Assembly: GCA_951406725.2 (NCBI GenBank)
Contig: OX597824.1
Coordinates: 40,300,001-40,364,000 of the forward strand
Direction of reading: 5' to 3'
DNA from: Octopus vulgaris
Lineage: Eukaryota
Length of the DNA: 64,000 bases
Positions 51,768-64,000 of this stretch are shown one piece after another; the first letter of the stretch is position 1, and each line of letters begins with the position of its first letter. The position numbers and the translations under genes were made by a program. The notes below the pieces were generated by a model, which ran no database searches, had not been told where the DNA came from, and saw only the letters and a list, made by a program, of their open reading frames with translations.

Positions 51768-51962
51768 TTAGCTTACATATGAAGACTTAGTGTACTTGAC
51801 CACTTTGTTACTATATTTCAGATAAGAAAAATTGCCTTCATCATCATCATCATCATCGTTTAGCGTCCGTTAAACGATGATGATGATGATGAAGGCAATT
51901 TTTCTTATCTGAAATATAGTAACAAAGTGGTCAAGTACACTAAGTCTTCATATGTAAGCTAA
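51768..51962. repeat. Near-perfect palindrome (~95-bp arms) centred on two head-to-head RTE tails
   Basis: TTAGCTTACATATG..GCCTT(CAT)6CGTTTA GCGTCCGT TAAACG(ATG)5AAGGC..CATATGTAAGCTAA; arms differ only by one CAT unit. Confidence 0.95.
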
Positions 51963-52418
51963 ATGTTTCAATTTATTTTGAAAATTATGGAGACTTTAGT
52001 GTTTTGAACATCCATTAAAAAATTTTTATGGAAGATTTTAATTTAAGTCACTTAACCCTTTTGTTACCACAATTCTGTTGAAATATACTGCCTTTGATTC
52101 AGTTTAATTTGAAAATTATGAAGAATTTAATGAAATAATTTTTTCATTAATAAGCTAGTGCTTTGAATATGAATTAAGAAATTTTGATGGAAGATTTTAA
52201 TTTAAATCATTTCAACCCTTTTGTTACTATAATTTTGTTTAAATACACTACTTTTGCTTCAATTAATTTTAAATTTGGAAAATTACAAAATTTTGAAAAA
52301 TTTTGTAAAATAACTTTGTCAGTATTAAGGCCAGTGTTTGGAATTTAGGTTACTTTAAAAACAGGAAGTTTGTATCATAGAATGAGAAGCAGTCTCAGAT
52401 GGATTTGTATCAAGAGGG
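51800..52418. mobile_element. Cluster of TTAA MITEs: three left ends (about 51800, 52056, 52216) and one right end (52418)
   Basis: CCCTTTTGTTAC-type starts; terminal GTATCAAGAGGG|TTAA. Confidence 0.72.
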
Positions 52419-54364
52419 TTAAATATGTCTATTTTTATATATGTGTGTATGTATATGCATGTATGTATACATGAGTTCATTGATTTTATTCAGTGTATTA
52501 ATTCATTTTATCCCCCTGTTTTTTTTTTCCAAAACTGTTCTATTTTAAGAACCCACTTAATTTTGAATGTTTTTGGCAAACTTGAGTCTTCATTTCAAAT
52601 CATCTCTCATCTTCTTTGTCTTCCTCTTTCTCTCTTTCCTTTCATTCTTTCTTTGTTTTGATGATAAAAAAAAATGCTGTGTTTATTCTCTTATGCACTT
52701 TTTGTAGTTTGTTACTGTTGTTTATCTAATGCTGCCTATGTTTATATTTGGCACAGTTTTGACCAATTGACTTAATTCTTTATTGGAGCTTGTAAAAACA
52801 GAACTGCCCTTTATGTTGAACAATAATATACAAAAATCAACAACAAACAAGCACACACACACACCCCATACACCCACCAGTAAAAAAAAATATTCTTCAA
52901 AGAGCATTGACCTTCCAAGAGGATTCTGTAACATCAGATGGAAACACTATAATATGATCATTAAAGATCAATATTTTGCTGCTCAAGTAATCAATACGTT
53001 GCAAATGAAATCAATACAGAAATGAAGAGAAATGCATTGAACAAAACAAAATTTCTGCTTCCCTACCATTACTTCTATTAAAAAAAATTTTATTTTATTT
53101 TTATTCTTTTATTTCATATATTTTTAAAATTTATTTATTCATTTTATATTTTATTTTACATACCAGCTGAGTTCAGTGTTTGGTTGCTTGTTTCTTTTTA
53201 TGAACTTTATGTTAGAAATAGTATATTTTTTAACACTTAGAAACCTAATATAACACTAACTGTATTAATATAGAAAAGTCACATGTCAAGCTTATTTTCT
53301 TGATTGGTTTTTCCTGTTTCTGTCATGCTGAAAGGAGAAAACTGTAGCTATGCAGAGAGTGGTGAAAGAGAGAGAAAGAAAGTATAAAGAGTAGAAGATA
53401 AGATTAATAGATTATCATGTAGAAAGAGAATGCAATATAGAGAAGGACAAATGGCAATATGAGAAACAGAAGAGAGGTGGAAATAAAAAGCAAGAATAAC
53501 TGAAAGAAGACAAAATAGAACACAAGAAGAAAATAGGGAAACTCTTGATGCCAAAACATTAAGAATTATTGAAGGGAGGCAGTAATAAAACTTGTCATTT
53601 CTTATGAATGAATGCTCTACAAGTCCAATTTTAAACCGAAAGTAACACACTAATTCCGTATCAAATAAAGAAATGAGATAATTTTTTTTATTATTTAGCC
53701 ATAAAAAAGTAATAAATGGGAAAATCATTAGAACATTAGGGAAAAAAAGCCTTATGGTATTTCTTCCACTTCTTTATGTTCTAAATTCTGTCCAAATCAG
53801 CTTTGCTGTCAACCTTTCAGGGTTGAATAAGTACCAGTCAAGTACAGAGTTGGGGCACAGAGTCAATGGCATCAACTTACCCACTCTGTTCAAAATCATT
53901 TGTCTTGTGCCTAAGTTAGAAACCATTATGTAGCCATAAAAAGGGGGCAAGTTTGCAGACTCTTTAGAGTGTTGGAAGAAGTGTTTTGCAGTATTTTTTA
54001 TGATTCCTTCATGGTCAACTTTGCCTTACACCCTTTTATGGTTAATAAAATAGGTATCAGTCAAGTACTGGGGTTGATGGTATCCTCTAATCTCATCTTC
54101 TCAAAATTGTTGACTTTGTACATAAATTAGAAACTAATTGCGATTTCAAATTTTGGCACAAGGCCAGCAACTTTGAAGAGTGCTCAATAGGTATTTATTT
54201 TATCGACCCTGAAAGGACGAAAGGTAGAATTTGAACTCAGAACATGAAGATGGGCAAAATGCCACTAAGTATTTTGTCTGGCATGCTAACGATTCTGCCA
54301 GCCCGCTACTTAAATTAGAAACTAATATTAAGCGATAAGGATAGTTAACAATGTAGCCTGTCGA

Positions 54365-54875
54365 AAGAAACATCAACTCTTGTTTTCAAAATCAGACATT
54401 AAATTTCAAGGATCTTGTGGAATTTAACACAGCAGAAATAATGTTTAAAGCAAGAAATAATTTGCTACTGAGTAATATACAAAAAAAAAGTATTCTTTAA
54501 CAGGGAGTGGGATTATAATTATAATTTGAGAAGAAAGTTTATTCTAAAGAAATTTAGTGTGTTGTACTATGAAGAGTATGTGTATTTCAATATGGGGAAT
54601 GGGTTGGATGTGGAACTAAAACAAAGTGCAAACATTACACAGTTTAAAACTACGTATGAAATATTGTTTTTAAGAGGTACAGTGTTAAGGAAGGGGTTTA
54701 ATAATTGTTTGATTTGGACATTTGGTTGGTACATAGAAATGGGATAGGTGATTGTATAAATTATATTGGGTGGTGCATAGAATTAGGATAGTTTATAAAC
54801 TGTATGTACATGTTAATGAGTGAATAATCGAGAAGAGTGGATAAAAATAAATAAGTTTCTACTTCTACTCTTTTA
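54365..54875 (+). mobile_element. L2/Crack-like LINE 3' end, degenerate
   Basis: Translates (with frameshifts) KFKDLVEFNTAEIMFKARNNLL..NIQK..YNLRRK..NGLDVELKQSANITQFK, a CR1/L2-group C-terminal region; 3' motif AATAAGTTTCTACTTCT. Confidence 0.6.
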
Positions 54876-55827
54876 TCAAGAATTGATATTTAGTTTATGC
54901 ATAGAAACTCTGCCAGATCAAGATTGAAGCCTGGTGCAGCCATCTGGTTTGCCAGCCCTCAGTCAAATCGTCCAGCCCATGCTAGCATGGAAAGCGGACG
55001 TTAAACGATGATGATGATGTTCAAGGAAATTGTTTCTTCAAGTATGTTTACAGCCAAAGTCAACTTTGTCTTTCATCCTTTCAGGAGGAGTGGGGTCCAT
55101 AAAATAAGTGCCATAGAGGTCTGGGATCAATGTAATCGACTGCCCCCACCTTCACAATTTCAGGCCTTTTGCCTATAGTAGAATCATCGTCACTTGGATA
55201 ATACAAGGAAGCAACTTTTATATGATATCTTGTGTGACACTCCTTGATTTAGAACTGAAAAATATTGTGATTAATATCAGTATGATTGATGTTTACTGTG
55301 AATTGAAAGAAGAGGCACATAAAAAGTCCCTGCCACCACTACCAGAGAAAAGACATAATGTACTGGAGTGAAGAAGGGCTAAGCAGATTGTTACATACAG
55401 GATCTTGGATGCAAGTCATAGTATGAGGTCACTAAAAAAGTGAAGTCAGTAAGTGCACAGTAGAATCACACTATCATTGTATTAGTGCATTTGCTAGAGC
55501 TTGTTCTTTGGTTTGTTAGTACTTCTAATTAAAGTCTAAATGCTACAAACTGTATATAATAGGAAGAGGTTGTTATGTGTGTGTATCAGTCTGACTGACT
55601 GTGAACTTGAAATGCGTTTAAGTGTGCTGATATGCATATATTTTTAATTATTTTAAGTCTTCCTCTATGAAAGGAGTTGGTTTGAAACAAAGATACAAAG
55701 CTCCATCATTGGAATATAGTTTACAAAAATAATGTCACATTTTGAACTTGAAGATAGTCCTGTATTTATTTCCTCTTCCACTTTTAGACTGTATTTATGT
55801 TAGCTGGTTAATTTCTTTTTCATTGTA

Positions 55828-56352
55828 CATGGTGTCCCAAAAAGATGTACTCACTCTTTGACTTCCCAGTACTCATGCATTTTGTGTTCAAGTAGATATT
55901 TATTGATATACAAACAATCCTAAAAAGTTAAATTAAATTCAGGAAAATAAATTGTTGTAGAAACGATTATTTATTGTCATTTAGAATTATTTAATGTTCT
56001 CTCTCATTCCTGCATGTTCGCAAATGTTCAAACTGCCTTCCTTCATTTTCCAAACAAAGCTGATAATGTCCAACAATGGATTCGACAACATTACCAAACA
56101 TTTCATTTGGAATTGTAAGACATTGTATTCGAATTTCATTTTTCAAATCATCAATTGTCACTGGTTTTGCAGCGTAAACCTTATCTTTGAGATGTCCTCA
56201 TAAAAAAAAAAATCCATTGGAGTGAAGTCTGGGGAATGTGGAAGAAATCCAATGCTACCTCTCCTCCCAAACCATTTGTTTGGATTTGTTGCATCGAGGT
56301 AAGCCCGTACATCGTCTGTCAAAGAGTAGGTACATCTTTTTGGGACACCCTG
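55828..56352 (-). mobile_element. Internally deleted Tc1/mariner element (525 bp)
   Basis: TA|CATGGTGTCCCAAAAAGATGTAC ... GTACATCTTTTTGGGACACCCTG|TA; the minus strand reads PHSPDFTPMDFF..GHLKDKVYAAKPVTIDDLKNEIR. Confidence 0.88.
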
Positions 56353-56454
56353 TATATGTGTTAGATGGTTAATTTCTTTTTCTGAAAACCCTAGATTTTC
56401 CAGATTGTCACATAGGCATTTACTAAGAAACCCAAGGACACTATTTTAAACTAT

Positions 56455-56940
56455 TTGAAGTCTTCCTCTATGGTAGGAGCTAGTTTTTAACAAATATACA
56501 AAGCTATATTGTTGGAACGTAGTTTACAAAAATAATGTCACATTTTGAACTTGAGAAAAGTACTGAATATTTTTGCTGTTCCACTTTCAGATTATATTTG
56601 TAATATGTGTGTTAGTTGGTTAATTTCTTTTTCTGAAAACCCTAGCTTATCCAGATTGTCACTTAGACATTTACTAACAAGACCAAAGGCACCAATTATT
56701 GGTGTAAATGAATTTATAACCTGGATACAGAAGCTGGAGGTTTCAAAACAGTTGTCTGTAATCATCATCTTTCCCTTTGGTTTTCAAAGAGACCAGCAGG
56801 GCAGCTGATCTCTATTACAGTGCATACATTTTCTTGCCCCAAACAACTATATCTGGCCTGTTAGGTTTGCACTTGGTCGACATTTTGATGGGAATATTCC
56901 ACCAACGTTCTTTGTGTTGATGTTTTTATGTAAGTATTCA
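56455..56940 (-). mobile_element. R4/Dong-like RLE LINE 3' fragment, with its 3' end tandemly duplicated (also 55655-55822 and 56355-56445)
   Basis: Minus strand WNIPIKMSTKCKPNRPDIVVW..IEISCP and IIGAFGLVSKCLSDNLDKLGF..KIFSTFLKFKM*. Confidence 0.7.
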
Positions 56941-58198
56941 ATAACAAAAGAATTCTCAATATTTATCCCAGGGCAATAATTTTTTTTTTTTGGATGGTAT
57001 AGTACAGTGATTTCCAACCCTTTCTAAGCATTTTATCCAGTATACTAACAATTCTGCCAGCTCGCTGCCTTGATAATGATGATAACAATAATAATAAATT
57101 TTCATGTGAATTATGAGGTAATCAACGCTATTGCCCATCCCTTCCTAAGTCTGTTTCTTTCCTTCCAGAAGAAAAGAAAGACAGACAGAAAGAAAGAGAA
57201 AGAGAAGGATTGAACCCTAGTGAAGGACTGATGCTTTATTAATCCTCAAAAGGTTGAAAGGACAAAGTCGACCTTGATAGAATTTGAACTCAGAATGTAG
57301 AAAGCCAGTACAATTGATGCAATGCAATCTTTCTGGCACTTTAACAAACCTGCTAATTGGTTCACTATACTTGGAAACCAATGCAGTGTGAGTTATGAAT
57401 ATATTAATATTGCGGAAACATGTGTATTTTGTCTTACTGTGAGAAAACACACACTTACATGCACATGGCTTTGTGTACTTTGTGTATAAGTCTGTGTGTA
57501 ATGCACTGTCAGTAATGCTTATGAACTTCTGTTACATTCCCAGCAGTAATATATACATTTATATTATGTATGAAGTACTGTCACTTGTGGTTTTTAACTT
57601 GTACCACAACCTTGACAATAACATCTGTTAATTCACCTCCCAAGTCTTTCTTCCTTCAGCTGCATCTAAGCATCATAGAATAATAACAAGGATGTTTTCT
57701 TCTGCTGTTGCCAGAGTATGAAGAAGACATTGTGAATGAAATGACAGCCTACATAACTGACTACTTATATATATTTATGAATAATAAACTTTTTAATACT
57801 TTTTGATAGTTATATAAAAAAAAAAATTATAAATATATTTTATATTTTTCACTGTTTGATTTGCCTAATAGTGGTTTTATCTCTAATTTAATTTATATAT
57901 ATATATATATATATATAATAATTATTTGAGGGAATATTATTCCTAACTTACAGGGAAAACTTCAATTTAGAAATACTAAATATTTTATTTTTAATATTTC
58001 TATTATATGTAATTTTTTAGATGGTGTAATTTAATTGTTCATTTTGAATTGATAAAAGGTGGGTTTTTTCTAATTTATATATATATATAGTTAATCAAAT
58101 ATATTTAATGAGAATACAGTATACTGAATTTTGAATAAGTACTCTTGGTAGGGAAATGTCTAAAGCCTTAAAGGTATTTAGAGATTTTAAGATTATAT

Positions 58199-58673
58199 AT
58201 TATAAAGTAAGAGCAAGAAAATTTACATCAAAAATTCACATGATATACATCCATAATATAAATAATATTGTATTAATAGATAAATATATAAAGTATGATT
58301 ATTTAAAAGGTTTGAGATATTTTACGATCATATCATGAATGTATTACCCTTCAAAATGAAATCCAAAATTCATAATCATTATTAGATAATGAATCCACTT
58401 GTCAGAGAAAAGGATGAATTTCAATGTAGTCAATTAATTGACTACACAGAAATTCATCCTTTTATCTGACAAGTGGATGCATTACCTAATAGTGATTATC
58501 AATTTTGGATTTCATTTTGAAGGATAGCACACTCATGAAACGATCGTAAAATATCTCAAACCTTTTAAATATCATACTTTATATATTTATCTATTAATAC
58601 AATATTATTTATATTATGGAAATATATCTTATGTGATTTTTTGATGTAATTTTTCCTGCTCTTACTTTATAAT
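58199..58673. repeat. Loopless ~475-bp fold-back palindrome (arms ~237 bp)
   Basis: Centre TGTAGTCAATTAATTGACTACA (axis 58435/58436); arms match along their whole length with scattered mismatches; TA runs on both sides. Confidence 0.95.
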
Positions 58674-58702
58674 GTATGTATATATATATATATGTAAATA
58701 TA

Positions 58703-59400
58703 CAGGGTGCAGTGAATATATTGTCGTTTAAATTACACAAAAATGAAAATAACACTGACACCTCATTTTAACAGATATATTTACTAGAATTGCATAAAAA
58801 TATCTTGAAATATTAAAGTGTAAATTTATTCAATAAAATCGCCATTGGCTTGAACCACAGCCTCCAGATGGCTTCAGAATCTCCTGCAACTCACAGTCTC
58901 CTTGTTTAAGTTGGTGAATGCTGTCATAATCTTTGCCTTCAGTTTATCTTTGATATTACAAGGAGTTTCTTTGGTCTCTTGCTCTACTGCACCCCACACA
59001 TAATAATCAAGCGAGTTGCAGTCTGGGGAGTTAGGTGGCCAGATGTTGAGGGTGATGTGGTTGCAGAAATTGTCTGACAGCCAAGACTGGGTTCTCCTGC
59101 TTGTGTGGTTTGGTGCAGAGTCCTGTTGCCAGACATAGAATCTTCCAGCAGCCACCCTCTTGACCCAGGGCAGCACTACCTCCTCCAGGCACTTGATGTA
59201 GGCCTCTGTGTTGAGTGTGAGGCCATGTGAGAAGATGAATGGAGGCATCACTAATGATCACTCCAAATACCATGATGTTGACTAGATGTTTGATTTTTAT
59301 CACTCTCGGTACATATTTTGGGGACATGGCAAGCTAACGGTTGATCTGTGTGTTCACCATCTGATCCTGGCAGAAATTTTTCTCATCTGAGAAAATCGAA
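58703..59400 (-). mobile_element. Tc1/mariner DD37D (maT-type) element, 3' half
   Basis: TA|CAGGGTG terminus; VWQQDSAPNHTS..WPPNSPDCNSLDYYVWG with 37 residues between the Asp residues; MVFGVI motif upstream. Confidence 0.88.
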
Positions 59401-59404
59401 AGCA

Positions 59405-60900
59405 TGTTCGGTTAGACTACTGCATATCTATTGGGTAAGACTTGAATGTGCTCTGATATGTTGTATAATATTACCTAATATAGATTTATTCAATAAAATT
59501 CCTATTTCCCTTTTGGCGGGATTTATTAATCTACAGCTAGGATTTTGTATGAAATTGTTTTTATGGTCTTTCAGAGTTATAAAAGTATTTCATGGGATAA
59601 CCTTTCCTACATTGTCTTCTATTTAAAATTTTGTGGCTAGATTTTTTGCTTCTATATTAATTGAATTATGGGGTTTGTTTTCTTGTATGTTTTAGTTATG
59701 TTGTTGGTTAGTAGTTTGTTGTGTGTTTGGTTGTTTACTTCGTAGATATTGTTTTTATGAAATAAAATGGTTGTTTACTTCGTAAATATTTTTTGCTTTA
59801 TCTGCTTTAATAAACATGTTTGTTGATGTTTTGAAAGGTTTGATTAAATCTGTAATGTGTGTTGGAACTTGTTCGATTTTTGGTTGAATTTTATATTTCT
59901 TTCTAACTTTGTAAGATTATCTTCAAATTTTTCTAGGTCTTTAATGTGTGGTAGGTTTTTGTAAGATCTGACACCGTAATTATCCTCTGCATGATTGTCG
60001 ACAAAGACACTTTTGTAAAAGCCACCCCATATTATAATGCTGCATTAGAAAGGTCCAACTTTAAGAATAGCATACACTACATTGAACCAGATATAAATAG
60101 ACTAAGAAGATGCAGACAGAGGAAGATCTTATGGTTCAATCCACCTTATAGCATGAATATAGCTACTAACATAGCTAGGAAATTCTTAAAACTAATAGAC
60201 AACCACTTTCCACATTCACACAAATACTACAAGATCTTCAAAACAAATACTGTTAAAGTTAGCTATAGTTGCCCCCTCTCCCAACTCAATCACAATAAAC
60301 ATAAACACACCAGAAACACTCCAGAAAGACAATGCAACTTCAGATCCCCAAACCGCTACCCTCTAAACAACAACTGTCTCGAGAAAGAACTCATATACAA
60401 GGCCAAGATCACAGAGCCCAACAGAATAGGAAAGACATATATTGGAATGATGGGCAACTTGTGCAAGGAAAGATATACACAACATCTTGTGTCATTCAAA
60501 GACAAAAGCAAAAAACATACAACGTCCCTATCAAATATGATATGGACATTGAAAGAAGGTGGAATAAGCAACCCCCAGATAGAATGAAACATTATTGCTG
60601 AAGCCAAAAAATACAGAGGATGGAGTACGAAATGTGAATTCTGTATTACTGAAAAATTAAACATTATACAATCAACAAATAATATCTTAAGTCTTCTCTC
60701 CCTGCATGCACAAGCAATATATTACACTGAGATATTTCAAAGAAGGGCCCCTATAAATGAGGGTAACCCTACCAGGATAGCCCCTTTCCTAAACATGAAC
60801 ACACATAGCTCACAAACTTCACACAGAAAAGAAATATGCTTCAATGATAAATTACCTCAGCATACAAGTACAAGAACATGCCCAGAACAAAAGTAATTAT
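59405..60900 (+). mobile_element. Penelope-like element (probably Naiad-type), decayed, with an inverted 5' segment; non-coding 3' part may extend to about 61925
   Basis: Plus strand 59991-~60720: WFNPPYS..NIARKFLKLIDNHFP..VKVSYSC linker and GIY-YIG endonuclease (LIYKAKI..TYIG..KERY..H..SF). Minus strand 59988-59405: YGVRSYKNLPHIKDLEKFEDNL, IKADK and FITLKDHKNNFIQNPSCRLINPAKREIG from the RT N-terminal region. Confidence 0.88.
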
Positions 60901-62239
60901 ATATATATATATATATCCTCTCTCCTCAGAAGTGTTTCTTACTATTCAAGTAGATTTTTCTGTTTTTTCATTTCAATATGTATTTATGTGTGAATTGTAT
61001 GTATACATGTGCATCCTATGAGTTGTGCATATATTTTAGGGGTATGTTTATTTATGTGGATGTGTATATTTTATGTGTACATTTGTATCTAACGTTTTAC
61101 ACCTGTATTTTCTGTGTATATTTTATCCATTTTCTACTAAACACCCTTTCATAGCCGCTTCTACTGAACATTCTATCTGCCATCATTGGCACTCTCACCA
61201 TTGTTCTTCAGTCACTATATCCACTTCTGCATACCTCTGACCTCCATCTCTGTCACTGAGCATCCCTTTCTCACCCCCACCCTACACACCATATTTCTCA
61301 TCTATCTATGGGTTTTATTAAACTGTTGCTCTACAATACCCTACTTTGTGTAATACCACTTGTCCACCTCCTCTGGCTTGTCAGTTCCTGTCAAACCATT
61401 TAGCCCATGCCAACATTGATAATATTGAATGATGATGATGATGATGCATATGTAATCTGTTACATATTTTATGTGTATTTCTATGTTTATAAACATCCTA
61501 GACCGGGTCTAAAAGAAGACCACCTCACTATTAGTAAAATGCCTTCCTCAGTATCACGTGGTAACCTCTGGTCCAAAGACTTCCTGTCCCTTCTCTCTTC
61601 TTATCCTAATGAGTGCAACAATGGTCTTTAGTCTACTGATCAAGCTTGTAATGTACCATGCTGCTTAGAGGCAAATAAACACACAGCAACCATTGACCCA
61701 CAGACATAATGTCTCTTCCCTCTTCTTATTCTACCATTTCTATAATGATGTCTCTTTTTCTTATATACTTCATACTGTCTTTACCTTGCCCACTCTCCCC
61801 AATACATTGATCTTTCCTCTCTTTTATCAACTGTCTGTATATCAATGGTTCTGTATTTGGGTCTATAGATCTCTGATTGATGAGCTGCTAACTTTGAGAC
61901 ACAGTGGGATACAATACTTGATTTAACAACAAATCTAAACACACACACACGCACACACACAGATATTAGGTGCAAAAATGGCTATGTGGTCGAGAAGTTT
62001 GCTTCCCAACCACATGGTTCCATGTTTAGTCCTTCTGCATGCTACCTTGGGCGAGTGTTTTCTACTATAGCCCTAGGCCAGCCACAGACTTGTGACTGAA
62101 TCTGGTAGATAGAAATTGCTGGAAATGACCAGAAACATGTTTATAAAGAAGAGTTGTTTGTTTCATACTCCTCATATGCTGATTCTGCGCATTAGAATCT
62201 GTAGGTCATAACACCCAGGCAATGCCAGGATGCATTGCT

Positions 62240-62286
<47 letters not shown>

Positions 62287-62808
62287 TGAGACCCCCTTTG
62301 GTCATGACTGACCATGGGATTGCACCTAGGAAGTTACCCTCCCAGGCACAAGTCTGGGCAAGGTTGTTTATGGAAGACCAGCAGTCGCCCATACATACTG
62401 GCTTCCCCTCTTGGCACCTGTGACATCACATCTCATTTCTACAGCTGAGTGAACTGGAGCAGCGTGAAATAAAGTGTCTTGCTCAAGACCACAACATGCA
62501 GCTCGGTCCAGGATTCAAACTCATAACCTCACGATCATAAGCTCAGTGCTCTAACCACTGAGCTATGCACCTTCACACACACATATATATATATATATAT
62601 ATCCTTTTAAGTTTGTTTACAGAAATCATTTTTGAGTACACACATAAAAAGCTCCTATGTTACGTTGGCTACAGCCTAGTAATTTCAACTTTCAACAGCT
62701 TTATGGGACCATACCAAGCTGTGCTGATATAATGTAAGATAAATATGGTAATAATAATAATCTAAGAATGGAATTTTTATATATTTTAATGATTTAATTA
62801 TTTTAAAA

Positions 62809-62847
<39 letters not shown>

Positions 62848-63258
62848 TCTGTGTGTGTGTGTGTGTGTATATATACAACAGGCTTCTTTCAGTTTCTGAC
62901 CAACAAATCCACTCACAATGCTTTGGTCAGACTGGGGCTATTGTAGAAGACACTTGCCCAATGTGCCACACAGTGAGACTAAACTTGGAAACATGTAGTT
63001 GGGAAGCAAATTTCTTACCACGCAGCTACGCCTATGCCTATTGACACATGAATCCGTATTAACATCCGTATCTGTATGCATCTGTGTGTATATGATTGGA
63101 TGTATGCATGTGAGTGCTTGCATCTTGATAATCGTTATTTCAGAATCAATAAGAATCAATTGTGTTGGATTCCTGTGTGCACCTGCTCTCTACGTTTAAC
63201 AGAAATTGTTGTTTGTTCAGCTGTAAGGCATTACTGCTGAATCTGCTTGTATGTGATG

Positions 63259-63326
<68 letters not shown>

Positions 63327-63590
63327 CTTCATCATTTTAACATCCACTTTTCCATGATCATCCATGAAATCTGCTGAAACAGATTTTTCTAAGCTCAGGT
63401 ACCCTTCCTGTCAACAATCCTCACCTGTTTCCAAGTAAGGTAATATTTCCCCCATGACTAGACATGTCATGGAAGACTGGAAACAAAGGATACTGCCTGC
63501 ATGACCGTGACATGTTCATTTACAACCATCATGCAATGTCAAGGCAAAGAGAATGTCACATACATACACACACACACAACACACACACAC

Positions 63591-63633
<43 letters not shown>

Positions 63634-63684
63634 CACACACACACACACACACATACACACACACACACACACAAATATATTTAA

Positions 63685-63904
63685 CCCTTTCGTTACTGTA
63701 TTTATTTTGAGATGCTCTGTGTTTCTTTCAATTACTTTAAAATAACAATGAATTTAATAAAATAACTTAGTTATCATTAAGCAAGTATTAGGAGCATAAA
63801 TTGTGACTAAGGTTTGGTGGAAGATTTTAATTCAAAACTTTTGTAAACAAGACATTTGTACCACAGAGCCAAAGCCGGTTTCAGCCGGGTTGGTATCAAA
63901 AAGG
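63685..63904. mobile_element. Intact 220-bp piggyBac-type MITE
   Basis: TTAA|CCCTTTCGTTAC ... GGTATCAAAAAGG|TTAA; the left TIR is identical to that of the 3534-4618 element. Confidence 0.88.
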
Positions 63905-64000
63905 TTAAAAATATATATTAGTAGCACATACATACTTACACATGCACACATATGCATATTGGCATCTGGTCTTAGAAAATGTACCTCCACAAATTTTGTG

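Noticed and set aside
60585-60587. In-frame TGA as selenocysteine in the Penelope-like ORF
   Set aside because: It falls where Trp is expected (TGG to TGA), and the copy has other decay including lost Cys residues; no SECIS recognised.

Overview
AT-rich, microsatellite- and transposon-dense eukaryotic DNA whose SINE, RTE-tail and MITE content looks like a coleoid cephalopod (Octopus-like; inferred from repeat recognition, not a search). Two host genes are supported, both on +. One is the last four coding exons of the 26S proteasome AAA-ATPase subunit PSMC1/Rpt2 (465-7902, ending in the HbYX motif LYL*). The other is the first coding exon of a PLEKHD1-like PH-domain gene (31754-31941), for which I found no second exon, so its first intron probably exceeds 32 kb. 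The rest is a mosaic of tRNA-derived SINEs, RTE LINE fragments carrying a ~62-bp minisatellite, R4/Dong-like and L2/Crack-like LINE ends, a rearranged Penelope-like element, Tc1/mariner relics (DD34D, DD37D), a hAT relic and piggyBac-type TTAA elements. The most notable observations are: (i) long fold-back elements, one carrying a near-canonical Penelope-type minimal hammerhead ribozyme in the sense strand of a PSMC1 intron; (ii) a near-perfect ~195-bp palindrome built from two head-to-head RTE tails plus an inverted copy of the target flank; (iii) a multi-level nested transposon stack; (iv) an overlapping uORF that could toggle a Cys-rich N-terminus on the PLEKHD1-like protein. Most ORF-track entries are translations of repeats.
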